Shown: positions 8,226 to 17,152 of the stretch, in pieces
Position numbering within the stretch: position 1 is the stretch's first letter
How the letters are laid out: each line of letters starts with the position of its first letter
Program-made: the position numbers and the translations under genes
The notes under the pieces: generated by a model
The model's input: the letters and a program-made list of their open reading frames with translations, nothing else
Databases searched by the model: none
What the model was told of the DNA's origin: nothing
Assembly (NCBI GenBank): GCA_040902435.1
Contig: JBBDXG010000019.1
Location: forward strand, 42,779-106,778
Direction of reading: 5' to 3'
DNA: 64,000 bases
From: Fimbriimonadaceae bacterium
GTDB lineage: Bacteria > Armatimonadota > Fimbriimonadia > Fimbriimonadales > Fimbriimonadaceae

Positions 8226-8395
8226 CAGCACTAACTAGTACTTTTGTCCTGTTTTGCTAAAATATATTTGACAAACGGTCACTAGGCTATGGTATCCTGT
8301 AGTTAGTGGGGGCAGATACGCCCAATCCGACCGACCCGTCGGCCTGCAAGAAAACGGCCTTAAAACGGACCCCCACCTTCAAACTCCCCGGGGCG

Positions 8396-8599
8396 CTAAC
8401 TCGCTTTCCCTTTCTTGACCGAGACGGTGATCTCGCGCTTGAGCGACCACTTCTCGACTTCGCTGAGGTGTGCGCAGGAGACGCCGGGCTGGTGGAGCAG
8501 GAACGAGACGTACGCAAGGAGGTCTTCGGCCTCTTCTCGGGTCAGGACGATGTCTACGTCCCTGAGTTGTTTTCCCGATTCGAAGTCGGTGATCTGCAC
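8396..8599 (-). CDS. Small hypothetical protein (67 aa)
   Basis: The GTG start is preceded by AGGAGG 4 nt upstream on the reverse strand. The composition is balanced (MQITDFESGKQLRDVDIVLTREEAEDLL...). I recognise no family. Confidence 0.4.
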   Translation of the reverse strand: MQITDFESGKQLRDVDIVLTREEAEDLLAYVSFLLHQPGVSCAHLSEVEKWSLKREITVSVKKGKAS

Positions 8600-8688
8600 T
8601 GCGCCTCCTGCCTGTCCCCGTCCCCTGTTACCGGCTACGACGCTCGGAACGGTTCCCGGTTGCAGCAGACCGGGACCCTATCGGGACG

Positions 8689-9024
8689 TCAGGGATGGGC
8701 CGTCGCCTGGTACCAGTGGCCGTCGGGGTCTTGGAACGTCAGGCACTCGTCGTGGTTGGTAACGGCGACGCCGTTCGATTCCAGCCTTTCACGGAACCCA
8801 TCGAGGTCTGAAAGATAGAGGACGGGCGCGACCGCGGTGGCGCGATAGGCGGCTGCGATCGAGCCGGAACCTGGCCTGAGAAGGATCTCGACCACACCGA
8901 GCGCGACCCACTGCGCCAGTCCTTGGTCGGCGACGAACTTCGCGCCGAGCACGTGGACGTACCAGTCGCGCGAAGAGACGGGGTCCTGCACGAAGACTTC
9001 CAGGTGGCCGATCCGTGGTTCCAT
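8689..9024 (-). CDS. VOC (glyoxalase/bleomycin-resistance/dioxygenase) family protein
   Basis: The 111-aa product has IGHLEVFVQDPVSSRDWYVHVLGAKF... and ...FQDPDGHWYQ, a typical single VOC module. Confidence 0.65.
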   Translation of the reverse strand: MEPRIGHLEVFVQDPVSSRDWYVHVLGAKFVADQGLAQWVALGVVEILLRPGSGSIAAAYRATAVAPVLYLSDLDGFRERLESNGVAVTNHDECLTFQDPDGHWYQATAHP

Positions 9025-9075
9025 CCCTTGACTTCCAGGATTGGACGACGTGCGGGCCCCGGTGTTCGAAAGTTT

Positions 9076-10014
9076 CTACGCGGTGACGGGGGCCTCGACC
9101 TGTGCGAAGGTCGCCTTGAGCGACTCGGCGCTCTTGATCAGCCCTTCGCGCTCCGCGTCGTTCACGGCCGGTTCGTAGATGTCCACGACGCCCTTGCGGC
9201 CGACGACCGTCGGGAGCGAGAGCGAGATGTCCTTGATGCCGAGCTTGCCGGTCTGCGCCGCGCTCACGGGGAGGAGCCTTCCGTCGTCGAGCGCGATGCC
9301 CTCGACGACCTCTTTGATCGAGATCCCGACCGCTCGGCCCGCGCCGCCCTTCTGCGCGATGACCGTGGCGCCGGACTTCTTGGTCACGTCGAACAGCGTC
9401 GCCGCCGAAGAGTCGTTCCATCCGGGGATGGACTTCACCGAGACACCGTTGATCGTCGCGCTCGACCAGATCGGCACCATCGAGTCGCCGTGCTCGCCGA
9501 GGATGAGCGCCTTGACGTCGAGCGCGCCGACCTTGAAGTGGTCGGCTATGAGGCTGCGGAACCGCGCGGTGTCGAGGACAGTCCCGAGGCCCATGACCTG
9601 CGACTGTGGCAGTAGCCCGCTCTGCACGGTCATGTGCGTGAGGATGTCCACGGGGTTGCTGACGACGAGGATCGTCGCGCCGCTGGCGAGCTTGACTTTC
9701 TTGAGCTCTTCGAGGATGCCTTTGAACAGCCCGACGTTGCGGTTGATGAGGTCGAGCCGGCTCTCGTCCGGCTTGCGTCGCAGGCCAGCGGTGATGACGA
9801 CGCAGTCGCTGCCGTCGCAGACGCCGTAGTCGCCGCCAGAGAACGTCTGGTTTGCCGTGAGGCTCGCGCCGTGGCGCAGGTCGAGCGCCTCGCCTTGGGC
9901 GAGCTCGGCGTTCACGTCCATTAGCGCGATGTGGTTGACGACCTTGCCGAGCTGGAGCGCGTACGCCGCGTCCGAACCGACGCGCCCGCCTCCGCCGATG
10001 ATGCTGACTTTCAT
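9076..10014 (-). CDS. Lactate/malate dehydrogenase family oxidoreductase
   Basis: MKVSIIGGGGRVGSDAAYAL (Rossmann fold), ITAGLRRKPDESRLDLI and LGEHGDS are present. The Arg in GLRRKP hints at MDH-type specificity. The track ORF start at 10101 adds an implausible leader, so I use ATG 10014. Confidence 0.8.
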   Translation of the reverse strand: MKVSIIGGGGRVGSDAAYALQLGKVVNHIALMDVNAELAQGEALDLRHGASLTANQTFSGGDYGVCDGSDCVVITAGLRRKPDESRLDLINRNVGLFKGILEELKKVKLASGATILVVSNPVDILTHMTVQSGLLPQSQVMGLGTVLDTARFRSLIADHFKVGALDVKALILGEHGDSMVPIWSSATINGVSVKSIPGWNDSSAATLFDVTKKSGATVIAQKGGAGRAVGISIKEVVEGIALDDGRLLPVSAAQTGKLGIKDISLSLPTVVGRKGVVDIYEPAVNDAEREGLIKSAESLKATFAQVEAPVTA

Positions 10015-10118
10015 TGTTGTTAGGAGGAGTTTAGCCGGGAGGGGGAGGAGGAACGAGGCGAAAGGCGGAAGGAGTAGGGAGAAGCGAGAGAACCCCTTCA
10101 CCCGTCACCCGAGGCCCG

Positions 10119-11270
10119 TCATGTGTGGTACTCGGCGTTGATCCGCACGTAGCCATAGCCAAAGTCGCACGTGTAGACGGTCGCGGACTCGCCTGGGCCG
10201 AGCGCGAGGTCAATGACGACCTCGGTGGACTTGAGCGCGGTCGAGGCCCGCTTGGGGTCGTAGGCCGCTGGTGCGCCGTTTTCAAAGAGCAGGTGCTCTT
10301 CGCCTTGTGACACGACCTTCAGCACGGCCGTGTCCGGGTCAAACGCCACGCCAGCACGTCCCGCGGCGGCCAAGACACGGCCCCAGTTTGGGTCGCAGCC
10401 GAACATCGCGGTCTTGACGAGCGGCGAGTTGGCGATCGTCATCGCCACGGCCTTCGGGTCGCTCGTGCCTGTGACCCGGACCTCGATGAGCTTGGTCGCG
10501 CCCTCGCCGTCCCGCGCGATCTGCTTGGCGAGGCTGACGCAGACCTCTCGCATCGCGCCATCGAGCTCCTCGTCGGTCGGCTCGGTTCCGCTCGCGCCGT
10601 TGGCGAGAGCGAGGACCAAGTCGTTGGTCGAGGTGTCGGAGTCCACGGTGAGGCAGTTGAAGCTCGTCGCCACGGCCCTCCGGAGCGCCACGCCCAGCCT
10701 CGCCGGTTCCACGTTCAGGTCCGTCACGATAAACCCGAGCATCGTCGCCATGTCGGGCGCGACCATCCCGCTGCCCTTGCCTACCGCCAGGACCGTCGCT
10801 CCACGAACGTCCGCGGCGGCGCTCTTTTCGACAAGGTCCGTGGTCAAGATGGCCTCCAAGAACGGCTTCGGGTCGTCAGAGAGAGACTTGGCGGCCTCGG
10901 CGATGCCGTGCTCGACCTTGGCCATATCAATGAACTGGCCGATGACTCCGGTCTGAGCGACGGCGACCTCTTTAGTGGTGAGGCCGAGGTGGTGGGCGGC
11001 CAGCTCGGCCATGCGGCCGACGTCCCGGGCGCCTTGTTCGCCAGTGCAGCAGTTGGCGTTGCCGCTGTTCGCGACTATTGCACGGAGGCGTTGAACCTTG
11101 ACCGCCTCCCGCGTGAAGTCCACGCTCGCCGCTCGGACGAGGTTCTGCGTGAAGACCCCTGCCGCCGCCGCTGGGCGGTCGCTGACGATGAGGCCGATGT
11201 CTTTGCGCTTGTTCTTGAGGCCGCAGCGGACGCCGGCGAACTGGAACCCGCTCGGCGCCACTACGGCCAC
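10119..11270 (-). CDS. argJ: Bifunctional ornithine acetyltransferase / N-acetylglutamate synthase
   Basis: ...APSGFQFAGVRCGLKNKRKDIGLI..., ATMLGFIVTD and a C-terminal YVRINAEYHT match ArgJ. The Arg-rich N-terminal extension of the track ORF overlaps argC, so I use GTG 11270. Confidence 0.85.
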   Translation of the reverse strand: MAVVAPSGFQFAGVRCGLKNKRKDIGLIVSDRPAAAAGVFTQNLVRAASVDFTREAVKVQRLRAIVANSGNANCCTGEQGARDVGRMAELAAHHLGLTTKEVAVAQTGVIGQFIDMAKVEHGIAEAAKSLSDDPKPFLEAILTTDLVEKSAAADVRGATVLAVGKGSGMVAPDMATMLGFIVTDLNVEPARLGVALRRAVATSFNCLTVDSDTSTNDLVLALANGASGTEPTDEELDGAMREVCVSLAKQIARDGEGATKLIEVRVTGTSDPKAVAMTIANSPLVKTAMFGCDPNWGRVLAAAGRAGVAFDPDTAVLKVVSQGEEHLLFENGAPAAYDPKRASTALKSTEVVIDLALGPGESATVYTCDFGYGYVRINAEYHT

Positions 11271-12274
11271 ACCCCGGCGGTCTGGAGCCCGGCGGTCTCT
11301 GGAAGCTCGAACATGAGGTTCATGTTCTGCACGGCCTGGCCGGAGGCGCCCTTGACGAGGTTGTCTATCACGCTGACGAGCACGGCGTGGCCGGTGCGCT
11401 CGTCGAAGTCTGCGAAGAGCGCGCACGAGTTCGAGCCGTGGACCTGCTTCGTCGAGGGCGGTTCCGGCAGTATGCGCACGAACGGTTCGCCCTCATACGC
11501 GCTCTGCCAGCATCCGATGACGTCGGCCGCGCCCTTGTTGGCAGCAAGCGGCACGTGGATGGTCGCGCATATCCCGCGTGAGGTGGGCAGCAGGTGCGGA
11601 GTGAACCGAACGACGTCGCCGAGCATCTGCTCGATCTCGGGAGTGTGGCGGTGGCCCGTGGTCTTGTACGGCTTGAACGATCCGTGCAGCTCGCCGAGGA
11701 GGTATTCGGACTCTCCGCGTGAGCGGCCAGCGCCGGAGACGCCGGACTTGGCATCAATGACTGGGGTCCCGCCCAGGACTCGCGCGCGCTGTAGCGGCAT
11801 GAGTGCGAGAAGCGAGGCGGTGACATAGCAGCCGGGGTTGGCGACGACCTGCGCGGACGCGATCGCGCTGCGATCCACGAGCTCCGGCAGGCCATAGACC
11901 GGCCACGGCCTGAACCCTGGGCAGGCGTGTTCGGCGCCGTACCACTTTTGGTAGAGCGAGGCGTCGGCCAAGCGGAAGTCGGCCGAGAGGTCAATGACCT
12001 TCATTCGCTTGGCGAGCGAGGGCACGACCTTCATCGCGACGGTGTTCGACTGGCAGAGGAACGCGACGTCCGCGTCGAGCGACTCGGCGTCGAACCGGGT
12101 CAGTTCCAGTTCGGAGTCGAGCCACGGGCACGCTGCACCGAGTGGCGCGCCCGCCTGCCTTTCGGACGTCGCAACGACGACGCTTGCGAAGGGGTGTTGG
12201 GAGAGCAGGCGAACGGCTTCGGCACCGGTGTATCCGGTGGCGCCGACCACGGCGGCTCGGACCTGCTTTGCCAA
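11261..12274 (-). CDS. argC: N-acetyl-gamma-glutamyl-phosphate reductase
   Basis: The N-terminus VRAAVVGATGYTGAEAVRLL and active-site context ANPGCY match ArgC. It lies directly upstream of argJ. Confidence 0.9.
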   Translation of the reverse strand: MAKQVRAAVVGATGYTGAEAVRLLSQHPFASVVVATSERQAGAPLGAACPWLDSELELTRFDAESLDADVAFLCQSNTVAMKVVPSLAKRMKVIDLSADFRLADASLYQKWYGAEHACPGFRPWPVYGLPELVDRSAIASAQVVANPGCYVTASLLALMPLQRARVLGGTPVIDAKSGVSGAGRSRGESEYLLGELHGSFKPYKTTGHRHTPEIEQMLGDVVRFTPHLLPTSRGICATIHVPLAANKGAADVIGCWQSAYEGEPFVRILPEPPSTKQVHGSNSCALFADFDERTGHAVLVSVIDNLVKGASGQAVQNMNLMFELPETAGLQTAGVWP

Positions 12275-12292
12275 GGGCAGAGGATACCTAGC

Positions 12293-13177
12293 TCAATCGA
12301 GGTCCCAGACGTACCTGCTCAGGTCGTAGACGTATCCGCCCCAGTCGGTGCGGATCCTGCATCCTTCGGCGGCTTCTGAGACGCGTATCCGCCTCGCGTG
12401 CCCGTCGGCGAAGATCGCGGTCAGCTTTTCGTTGTGCCAAGGCCAAAGCCCACCGGACAACTGCGGTGAATGTATCGGTGTGCCCGGCCCCTCCACGTCC
12501 CATTTGATCGCGTCAATGTAGAACGCGGAGTTCGGGACGTTCTCAAGCCGGAACGTGTCCCGCCTAACGCGGCCGACGAGGGCGTAGCGGCACGGTGGGA
12601 CGATGAGATAGTTGCCGCCGCCTTGTGGACGTCCGTCCGATGTGACGTCGTGCACGGAGTCTCCGAACACTAGCATGGCGGACGGATCGTTGATCTCGAC
12701 GTTCGACCGGCTCAGAGGGGAGATCGTTCCCTGCAAGCGGATCAGCGGCGAAAGGTAGATGTAGTTGTAGCCGATGTTGGTGTGCTTTGAAGCCGTGTAG
12801 TAGCGCGTGTACGTGTCGCCCGGGACGAGGTCTTCGTCGAAGACGGCCTTCGAATCGGGCCGTTGCGTGTAATCGCTAGGGCAACGGAAGAGCCGGAACT
12901 CCCGGCTGTAGGGCAGTACGAGCTGGACCCACGTGCGGTCGTCGGCGCTGGTCGCGCTGCTACTCGTGGTGTAGCGAGAGAGAGCGAAGCGGTCGTCGTA
13001 GTCGGACATGTAGAGCGTCGCGCTAAAGGTGGCCTGCTTGAAGTTGCTCATGCAGACGCTGGCCTGGGCCGCCAGTTTCGCTTGTCCGAACACTGGCAAG
13101 AGCACGGCGGCAAGCACCGCGACGATCGAAACCGCCACGATGAGCTCGATGAGCGTGTAAGCCCTACTTCGCAACAC
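12293..13177 (-). CDS. Prepilin-type N-terminal cleavage/methylation domain protein (DUF1559 / H-X9-DG type)
   Basis: AYTLIELIVAVSIVAVLAAVLLPVF is the class III signal plus hydrophobic helix. It is followed by ...ASVCMSNFKQ and a C-terminal ...IFADGHARRI. This architecture is abundant in Planctomycetota, Verrucomicrobiota and Armatimonadota. Confidence 0.8.
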   Translation of the reverse strand: MLRSRAYTLIELIVAVSIVAVLAAVLLPVFGQAKLAAQASVCMSNFKQATFSATLYMSDYDDRFALSRYTTSSSATSADDRTWVQLVLPYSREFRLFRCPSDYTQRPDSKAVFDEDLVPGDTYTRYYTASKHTNIGYNYIYLSPLIRLQGTISPLSRSNVEINDPSAMLVFGDSVHDVTSDGRPQGGGNYLIVPPCRYALVGRVRRDTFRLENVPNSAFYIDAIKWDVEGPGTPIHSPQLSGGLWPWHNEKLTAIFADGHARRIRVSEAAEGCRIRTDWGGYVYDLSRYVWDLD

Positions 13178-13195
13178 CGTCCAAAACCTGCTCTC

Positions 13196-13999
13196 TTAGA
13201 CCAGTATATCATCGGTCGGGGCTTGCGCAAGCGTGAACGCGCCAATGCTTCCCACACGCTCGAAATCCAGGCTCGAATACCACTCGGCCAGATCCTCGCC
13301 GCACTGGAGGACGACCGTTCGGTCCGTCCGGGCGGCGGCTGACTGAACCGCCCTGACCAGATCGGACCCAAGGCCCTTGCCCCTGGACTCGGTCGCCACA
13401 CAGAGGTTGAACAGCCCCACGGCCTCCGGCTGTTCGACGAGCATGACGGCGGCGGTGGGATCGCGGCCGTCCCCGACGACCCAGATCGTGTGCGGCGAGG
13501 CGGCGGTCGCTGCGGCGATTCCCTGCCGCGCCTCGCGCCCCATCCGCCAGAAGAACTGCCGCGCCATGAAGTCTCCCACGGCCCGGCGCTCGTCTGGCCC
13601 GGTCACGACGCGCGCGCCGACGTCCTTCGCCTCGACTGGCGCGCTGCTCGCCATGCTCACGAGCGACTGTCGGCACTGGAAGCCGCGCTCTTCCAACCGC
13701 TTGTCAAAGTCGGCGGGCTCGTCGCCCGAGATCGAGAAGACGTAGAACTCAAAGCACTCGGCCGCCTGACCGACGAGGAAGTCAACGGCCGCATCAACGT
13801 CGCCGGGCGCGAGGTCGAAGCCCGCGGCGAAATTGCAGAAGGAGAACACGCCTGGCCCGCGTACGAGCGTAAAGCCCATCGGCCTTCGCACGACCGCGCC
13901 CTCGACAGAACCGACGAGCCCGACGTACGTCGCGAGCGCGTTGCTCCGAACGAGCTGGACCGCGTTGCTCAGAGCACGATGCTCCATAGGACGCCCCAC
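13196..13999 (-). CDS. GNAT family N-acetyltransferase
   Basis: LCVATESRGKGLGSDLVRAVQSAAA is the acetyl-CoA-binding motif A. An alternative start is ATG 13987. The gene overlaps the 3' end of the upstream hydrolase gene. Confidence 0.6.
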   Translation of the reverse strand: MGRPMEHRALSNAVQLVRSNALATYVGLVGSVEGAVVRRPMGFTLVRGPGVFSFCNFAAGFDLAPGDVDAAVDFLVGQAAECFEFYVFSISGDEPADFDKRLEERGFQCRQSLVSMASSAPVEAKDVGARVVTGPDERRAVGDFMARQFFWRMGREARQGIAAATAASPHTIWVVGDGRDPTAAVMLVEQPEAVGLFNLCVATESRGKGLGSDLVRAVQSAAARTDRTVVLQCGEDLAEWYSSLDFERVGSIGAFTLAQAPTDDILV

Positions 14000-15180
14000 G
14001 TCGTCTTCTTGCGCAGTACAGAGACGCCGATCGCAAAGTTCTTGCTAAAGGTGTGGCCGATGAACCCCTGTCCGCCGCGCGGCGTGACCATCACGGCCGC
14101 AAAGGTCTCGCCGTCGGCGCGGAGCCGCCAGACATCGAGCCCCGCCATGACTTGCAGCCCGTTCTCCTGGTTGAACTCCAGGCCCCACCGGATCGTGGGC
14201 GCGTATAGGCTGGCGGGCGCGGCAAAGCCCGGGCCGCGAAACGTCTGCGCGAAAAAGCGCGCCACGGTTCGCACGAGCTTTGCCTGCACGAGCGCGCCGC
14301 CGTAGTGGCCCGTGTCCAGCCAGGTGACCTGCACGTTGCCGAGCGCTGCGATGAGCTTTTCTGCGTCGGCGGGCGGGACCACTGTGTCGAACTTGGCCGC
14401 GATCACGAAGCTCGGGCGGAGGTCGTCCTCTTTGAGGAAGTTGAGCGGTTCGATAGGCGCGAGCGCGCTCCGTAGCCTGTCTTCCGTGTAGCCGTTGCGG
14501 CGGAGCTCCTCCCTCTGCGACACGACCCGCGACGAGTGCCAGAGGATGTGTGCGACGTCCGCCCCGCCGAGGAGGTAGCAGGACGCGGCGAACCGCGGTT
14601 CGACGGCGTACGCCAGCGCGCTCACGAGCGCGCCGAGGCTCGTGCCCGCGACGCCGATCTGGTCGTGCCGAAACTCGCTCCTGGTCTCGATCCAGTCCAC
14701 CGTGCGCCGGACGTCGGCGACGCTCTGGACCATTGTCGCGGTCAGCTTGGCAGGGTCGGGCTCGATGGCGAGCTCGCCGGAGAAGTGGCCTGGCGGCGTG
14801 CGATCTAGGTGGTACGGCAGCGGCACGATGACGCTCGCGACGCCGGCTTCGGCGAGGCGCCGGGCCACGCTGCGCTCGATTCCGACGTCGGAGGCGCCCC
14901 AATAGTGGAGCAGCACGACGACGGGCACGGCGCCGATCGAGTCGGTCGGAAGCACGACGCGGAGCCTTACGGTGTTGTTGTCCGCGTACTGGGTGACGAT
15001 CGAACTCGGGAACGACACCGCGTAGTCCGTAAAGAACTCGCTTCTGCCGACCTCGCGCCACTGTTCGAACGCAATCGGCGGCGGCGGTTGCGTGACGTCA
15101 GCGTCCTGGGCCAAAGTGGGGATGGCCGACGCCAGCAGGAACCCGCATATGAACGCTTTCGTGATCGCCGCCCTGACCAT
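13969..15180 (-). CDS. Secreted alpha/beta hydrolase (dienelactone-hydrolase-like) with a C-terminal extension
   Basis: I use the start MVRAAITKAFICGFLLASAIPTLAQD (signal peptide) at 15180; the track ORF starts at 15273. The nucleophile elbow is GVAGTSLGA, and VVVLLHYWG lies upstream of it. Confidence 0.6.
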   Translation of the reverse strand: MVRAAITKAFICGFLLASAIPTLAQDADVTQPPPPIAFEQWREVGRSEFFTDYAVSFPSSIVTQYADNNTVRLRVVLPTDSIGAVPVVVLLHYWGASDVGIERSVARRLAEAGVASVIVPLPYHLDRTPPGHFSGELAIEPDPAKLTATMVQSVADVRRTVDWIETRSEFRHDQIGVAGTSLGALVSALAYAVEPRFAASCYLLGGADVAHILWHSSRVVSQREELRRNGYTEDRLRSALAPIEPLNFLKEDDLRPSFVIAAKFDTVVPPADAEKLIAALGNVQVTWLDTGHYGGALVQAKLVRTVARFFAQTFRGPGFAAPASLYAPTIRWGLEFNQENGLQVMAGLDVWRLRADGETFAAVMVTPRGGQGFIGHTFSKNFAIGVSVLRKKTTWGVLWSIVL

Positions 15181-17140
15181 GGCCCAGTCCGCACCCAGTT
15201 TAGACAACCGCCTCGACGACGCGCTCGGCGTGGCGGGACTCTCGACCAAGACGGCCAGGTACGACGCAGGCATCCTCTCTTTGTACGGCCAGGGCGACTT
15301 CGCGTCGCTCTATTTCAAGACTCTTCACGATAACCCGTGGCGCGCCCCGTTCGCGATGGAGATGAACCGCAGGCTCCTGGCGGCTACGAAGTCGGACCCG
15401 GCAGGCACGGTCTCGGTGCTCTCCCGCCTGAGCGGCGATGGGAGCCGACGGTCGCTGCTGGCCAACCCGATCGCGCGGGCCGAGCAGCTCGCGGGCGAGA
15501 GCGGCGCGCTGGTCAAGGCCCTCCAAACGATGAAGGCCGAAGGAATCCTGGTCGGCAACGTGCCCGCGACGGTGGGCGCCCCCGGCCCGGTGCAGACGGC
15601 GGCCGCGCTGGTCTTGTACTGTGCGATGGACCTGGTGCGCTATCGCCGGGCGGCATTTGCGCGCTTGAGCGACCTGGAAGAGGCGTACAGCCGCGAGACG
15701 TCGGTGCAACCGACCGACGACGACCCGCAGACCCACCAGCAACTCGTCGAGTTCTACCGTTTGGTTGACCTGAACTACCTCTATGCCGCCGGCCAGGACC
15801 TCGCCGCGGCGGTGGCTAAAGCGCAGGAGACCGTGCAGTCGGTCCCCGAGGGCGAGAAGTTCGGCGTGCAGTTCGAGACGATCTGGGGCCGCATCGTCCT
15901 CAGCGGAGGGGGCGACTCCCGGCACGACGGGCAGAACGTGCTCTTGCTCATTGACACAGGGGGAAACGACACGTACATCAACGCACCGACGAACGACTCG
16001 GTGAGCAACTGGCTGAGCGTGGTCATTGACACGCGCGGGGACGACAAGTACGTCTCCGACGACTACCTGGTCGAGAACGGGATCACGACCTGGGACAAGC
16101 GCAAGGAAGGGCGCGCAAAGCCCGGCCCGTGCAGCGCGACGTTCGGGTTCAGCTACCTGGTGGACAGCCGCGGCGACGACCTCTACCGCTCGCACTCCTC
16201 TGCGTTCGGATCGGCGTCGTTCGGTGTCGCGATGCTCGTGGACAAGCAGGGCAACGACTCGTACGACGCGTACTGCGACTCGTTGGGGTTTGGCAAGTTT
16301 GGGATCGGGATCCTCGAGGACTGGGAGGGCAGGGACCGGTACCTTGGGTTCACCCAGGTGCAGGGGGTCGGCCTGACCGGCGGGATCGGCGCGCTGATAG
16401 ACAGGGCGGGCGACGACACATACATAGCCAACGACGGCGTGCTCGACTTCCCGTCGCCGCAGAGCGACCGGCACAACGTCAGCATGGCCCAGGGCGCGGG
16501 ATATGGATCGCGTAGCGACTACCTGACGGGCCACAGCCTGAGCGGCGGCATCGGGCTGCTCTACGACCAAGAAGGGAACGACTCCTACTCTTGCGGCGTG
16601 TTCGGCCAGGGGACCGGCTATTGGGAGGGCGTCGGAATCCTATGGGACGAGAAGGGCGACGACAAGTACCACGGGATCTGGTACGTGCAGGGCGCGGCGG
16701 CTCACTATGCGATCGGGTACTTCGAAGACCTCGACGGCACGGACACCTACCGCGCGGACATGAACATGGCGCAGGGCGCAGGGCACGATTTCAGCACGGG
16801 CTACATGCTCGACCGCGCCGGCAACGACTCTTACACGGCGCCGAACCTCTCGCTCGGTGCGGGGAACGCCAACGGAATCGGCGTGTTCATCGAGTTCTCC
16901 GGCAACGACACTTATGTCTCGAACGGGCTCACTCTCGGCAAGGCCAGCGAGTCAACCAAAGGGTCAATGCGCGAGCGCGCGCTGTGCCTCGGGTTCTTCA
17001 TGGACCTGGGCGGCAGGGACGAGTACCCAGGCGCGGCGAGCTGGGCGAAGGACGGTGCGCGGGTCGCCAACTGGACCGACAGGGGCCCGTACCCGGCGGA
17101 AAGCCAGCTCGGGGTCTTCTGGGACGGGGAGGCCCGGTAG
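15149..17140 (+). CDS. Repeat (solenoid-like) protein with 12 x DxxG[ND]DxY motifs, function unknown
   Basis: The track ORF is 15092..17140 and the true start is uncertain (15092, 15149 or 15179). The motifs are IDTGGNDTY, IDTRGDDKY, VDSRGDDLY, VDKQGNDSY, EDWEGRDRY, IDRAGDDTY, YDQEGNDSY, WDEKGDDKY, EDLDGTDTY, LDRAGNDSY, EFSGNDTY and MDLGGRDEY, spaced roughly 25-35 aa apart. Confidence 0.6.
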   Translation: MNAFVIAALTMAQSAPSLDNRLDDALGVAGLSTKTARYDAGILSLYGQGDFASLYFKTLHDNPWRAPFAMEMNRRLLAATKSDPAGTVSVLSRLSGDGSRRSLLANPIARAEQLAGESGALVKALQTMKAEGILVGNVPATVGAPGPVQTAAALVLYCAMDLVRYRRAAFARLSDLEEAYSRETSVQPTDDDPQTHQQLVEFYRLVDLNYLYAAGQDLAAAVAKAQETVQSVPEGEKFGVQFETIWGRIVLSGGGDSRHDGQNVLLLIDTGGNDTYINAPTNDSVSNWLSVVIDTRGDDKYVSDDYLVENGITTWDKRKEGRAKPGPCSATFGFSYLVDSRGDDLYRSHSSAFGSASFGVAMLVDKQGNDSYDAYCDSLGFGKFGIGILEDWEGRDRYLGFTQVQGVGLTGGIGALIDRAGDDTYIANDGVLDFPSPQSDRHNVSMAQGAGYGSRSDYLTGHSLSGGIGLLYDQEGNDSYSCGVFGQGTGYWEGVGILWDEKGDDKYHGIWYVQGAAAHYAIGYFEDLDGTDTYRADMNMAQGAGHDFSTGYMLDRAGNDSYTAPNLSLGAGNANGIGVFIEFSGNDTYVSNGLTLGKASESTKGSMRERALCLGFFMDLGGRDEYPGAASWAKDGARVANWTDRGPYPAESQLGVFWDGEAR

Positions 17141-17152
17141 ACTCGGAGCCCG

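Noticed and set aside
8306-8376. The 71-nt element closed by a 7-bp stem as a tRNA gene.
   Set aside because: It has no GTTCRA T-loop, no GG in a D-loop position, no U8/A14 and no plausible T-arm pairing. I found no GGTTCGAATCC-type tRNA signature anywhere else in the window.
10015-10118. The pyrimidine-rich (on the coding strand) leader between argJ and the ldh-like gene as a regulatory RNA.
   Set aside because: I see no convincing secondary structure or known motif. It may simply reflect Shine-Dalgarno-independent initiation, and the evidence is insufficient.
15177-15182. Divergent genes apparently sharing a CCATGG site as back-to-back start codons (plus 15179, minus 15180).
   Set aside because: The true start of the plus-strand gene cannot be fixed (15092, 15149 and 15179 are all open), so the shared-start picture may be an artefact of ORF choice.
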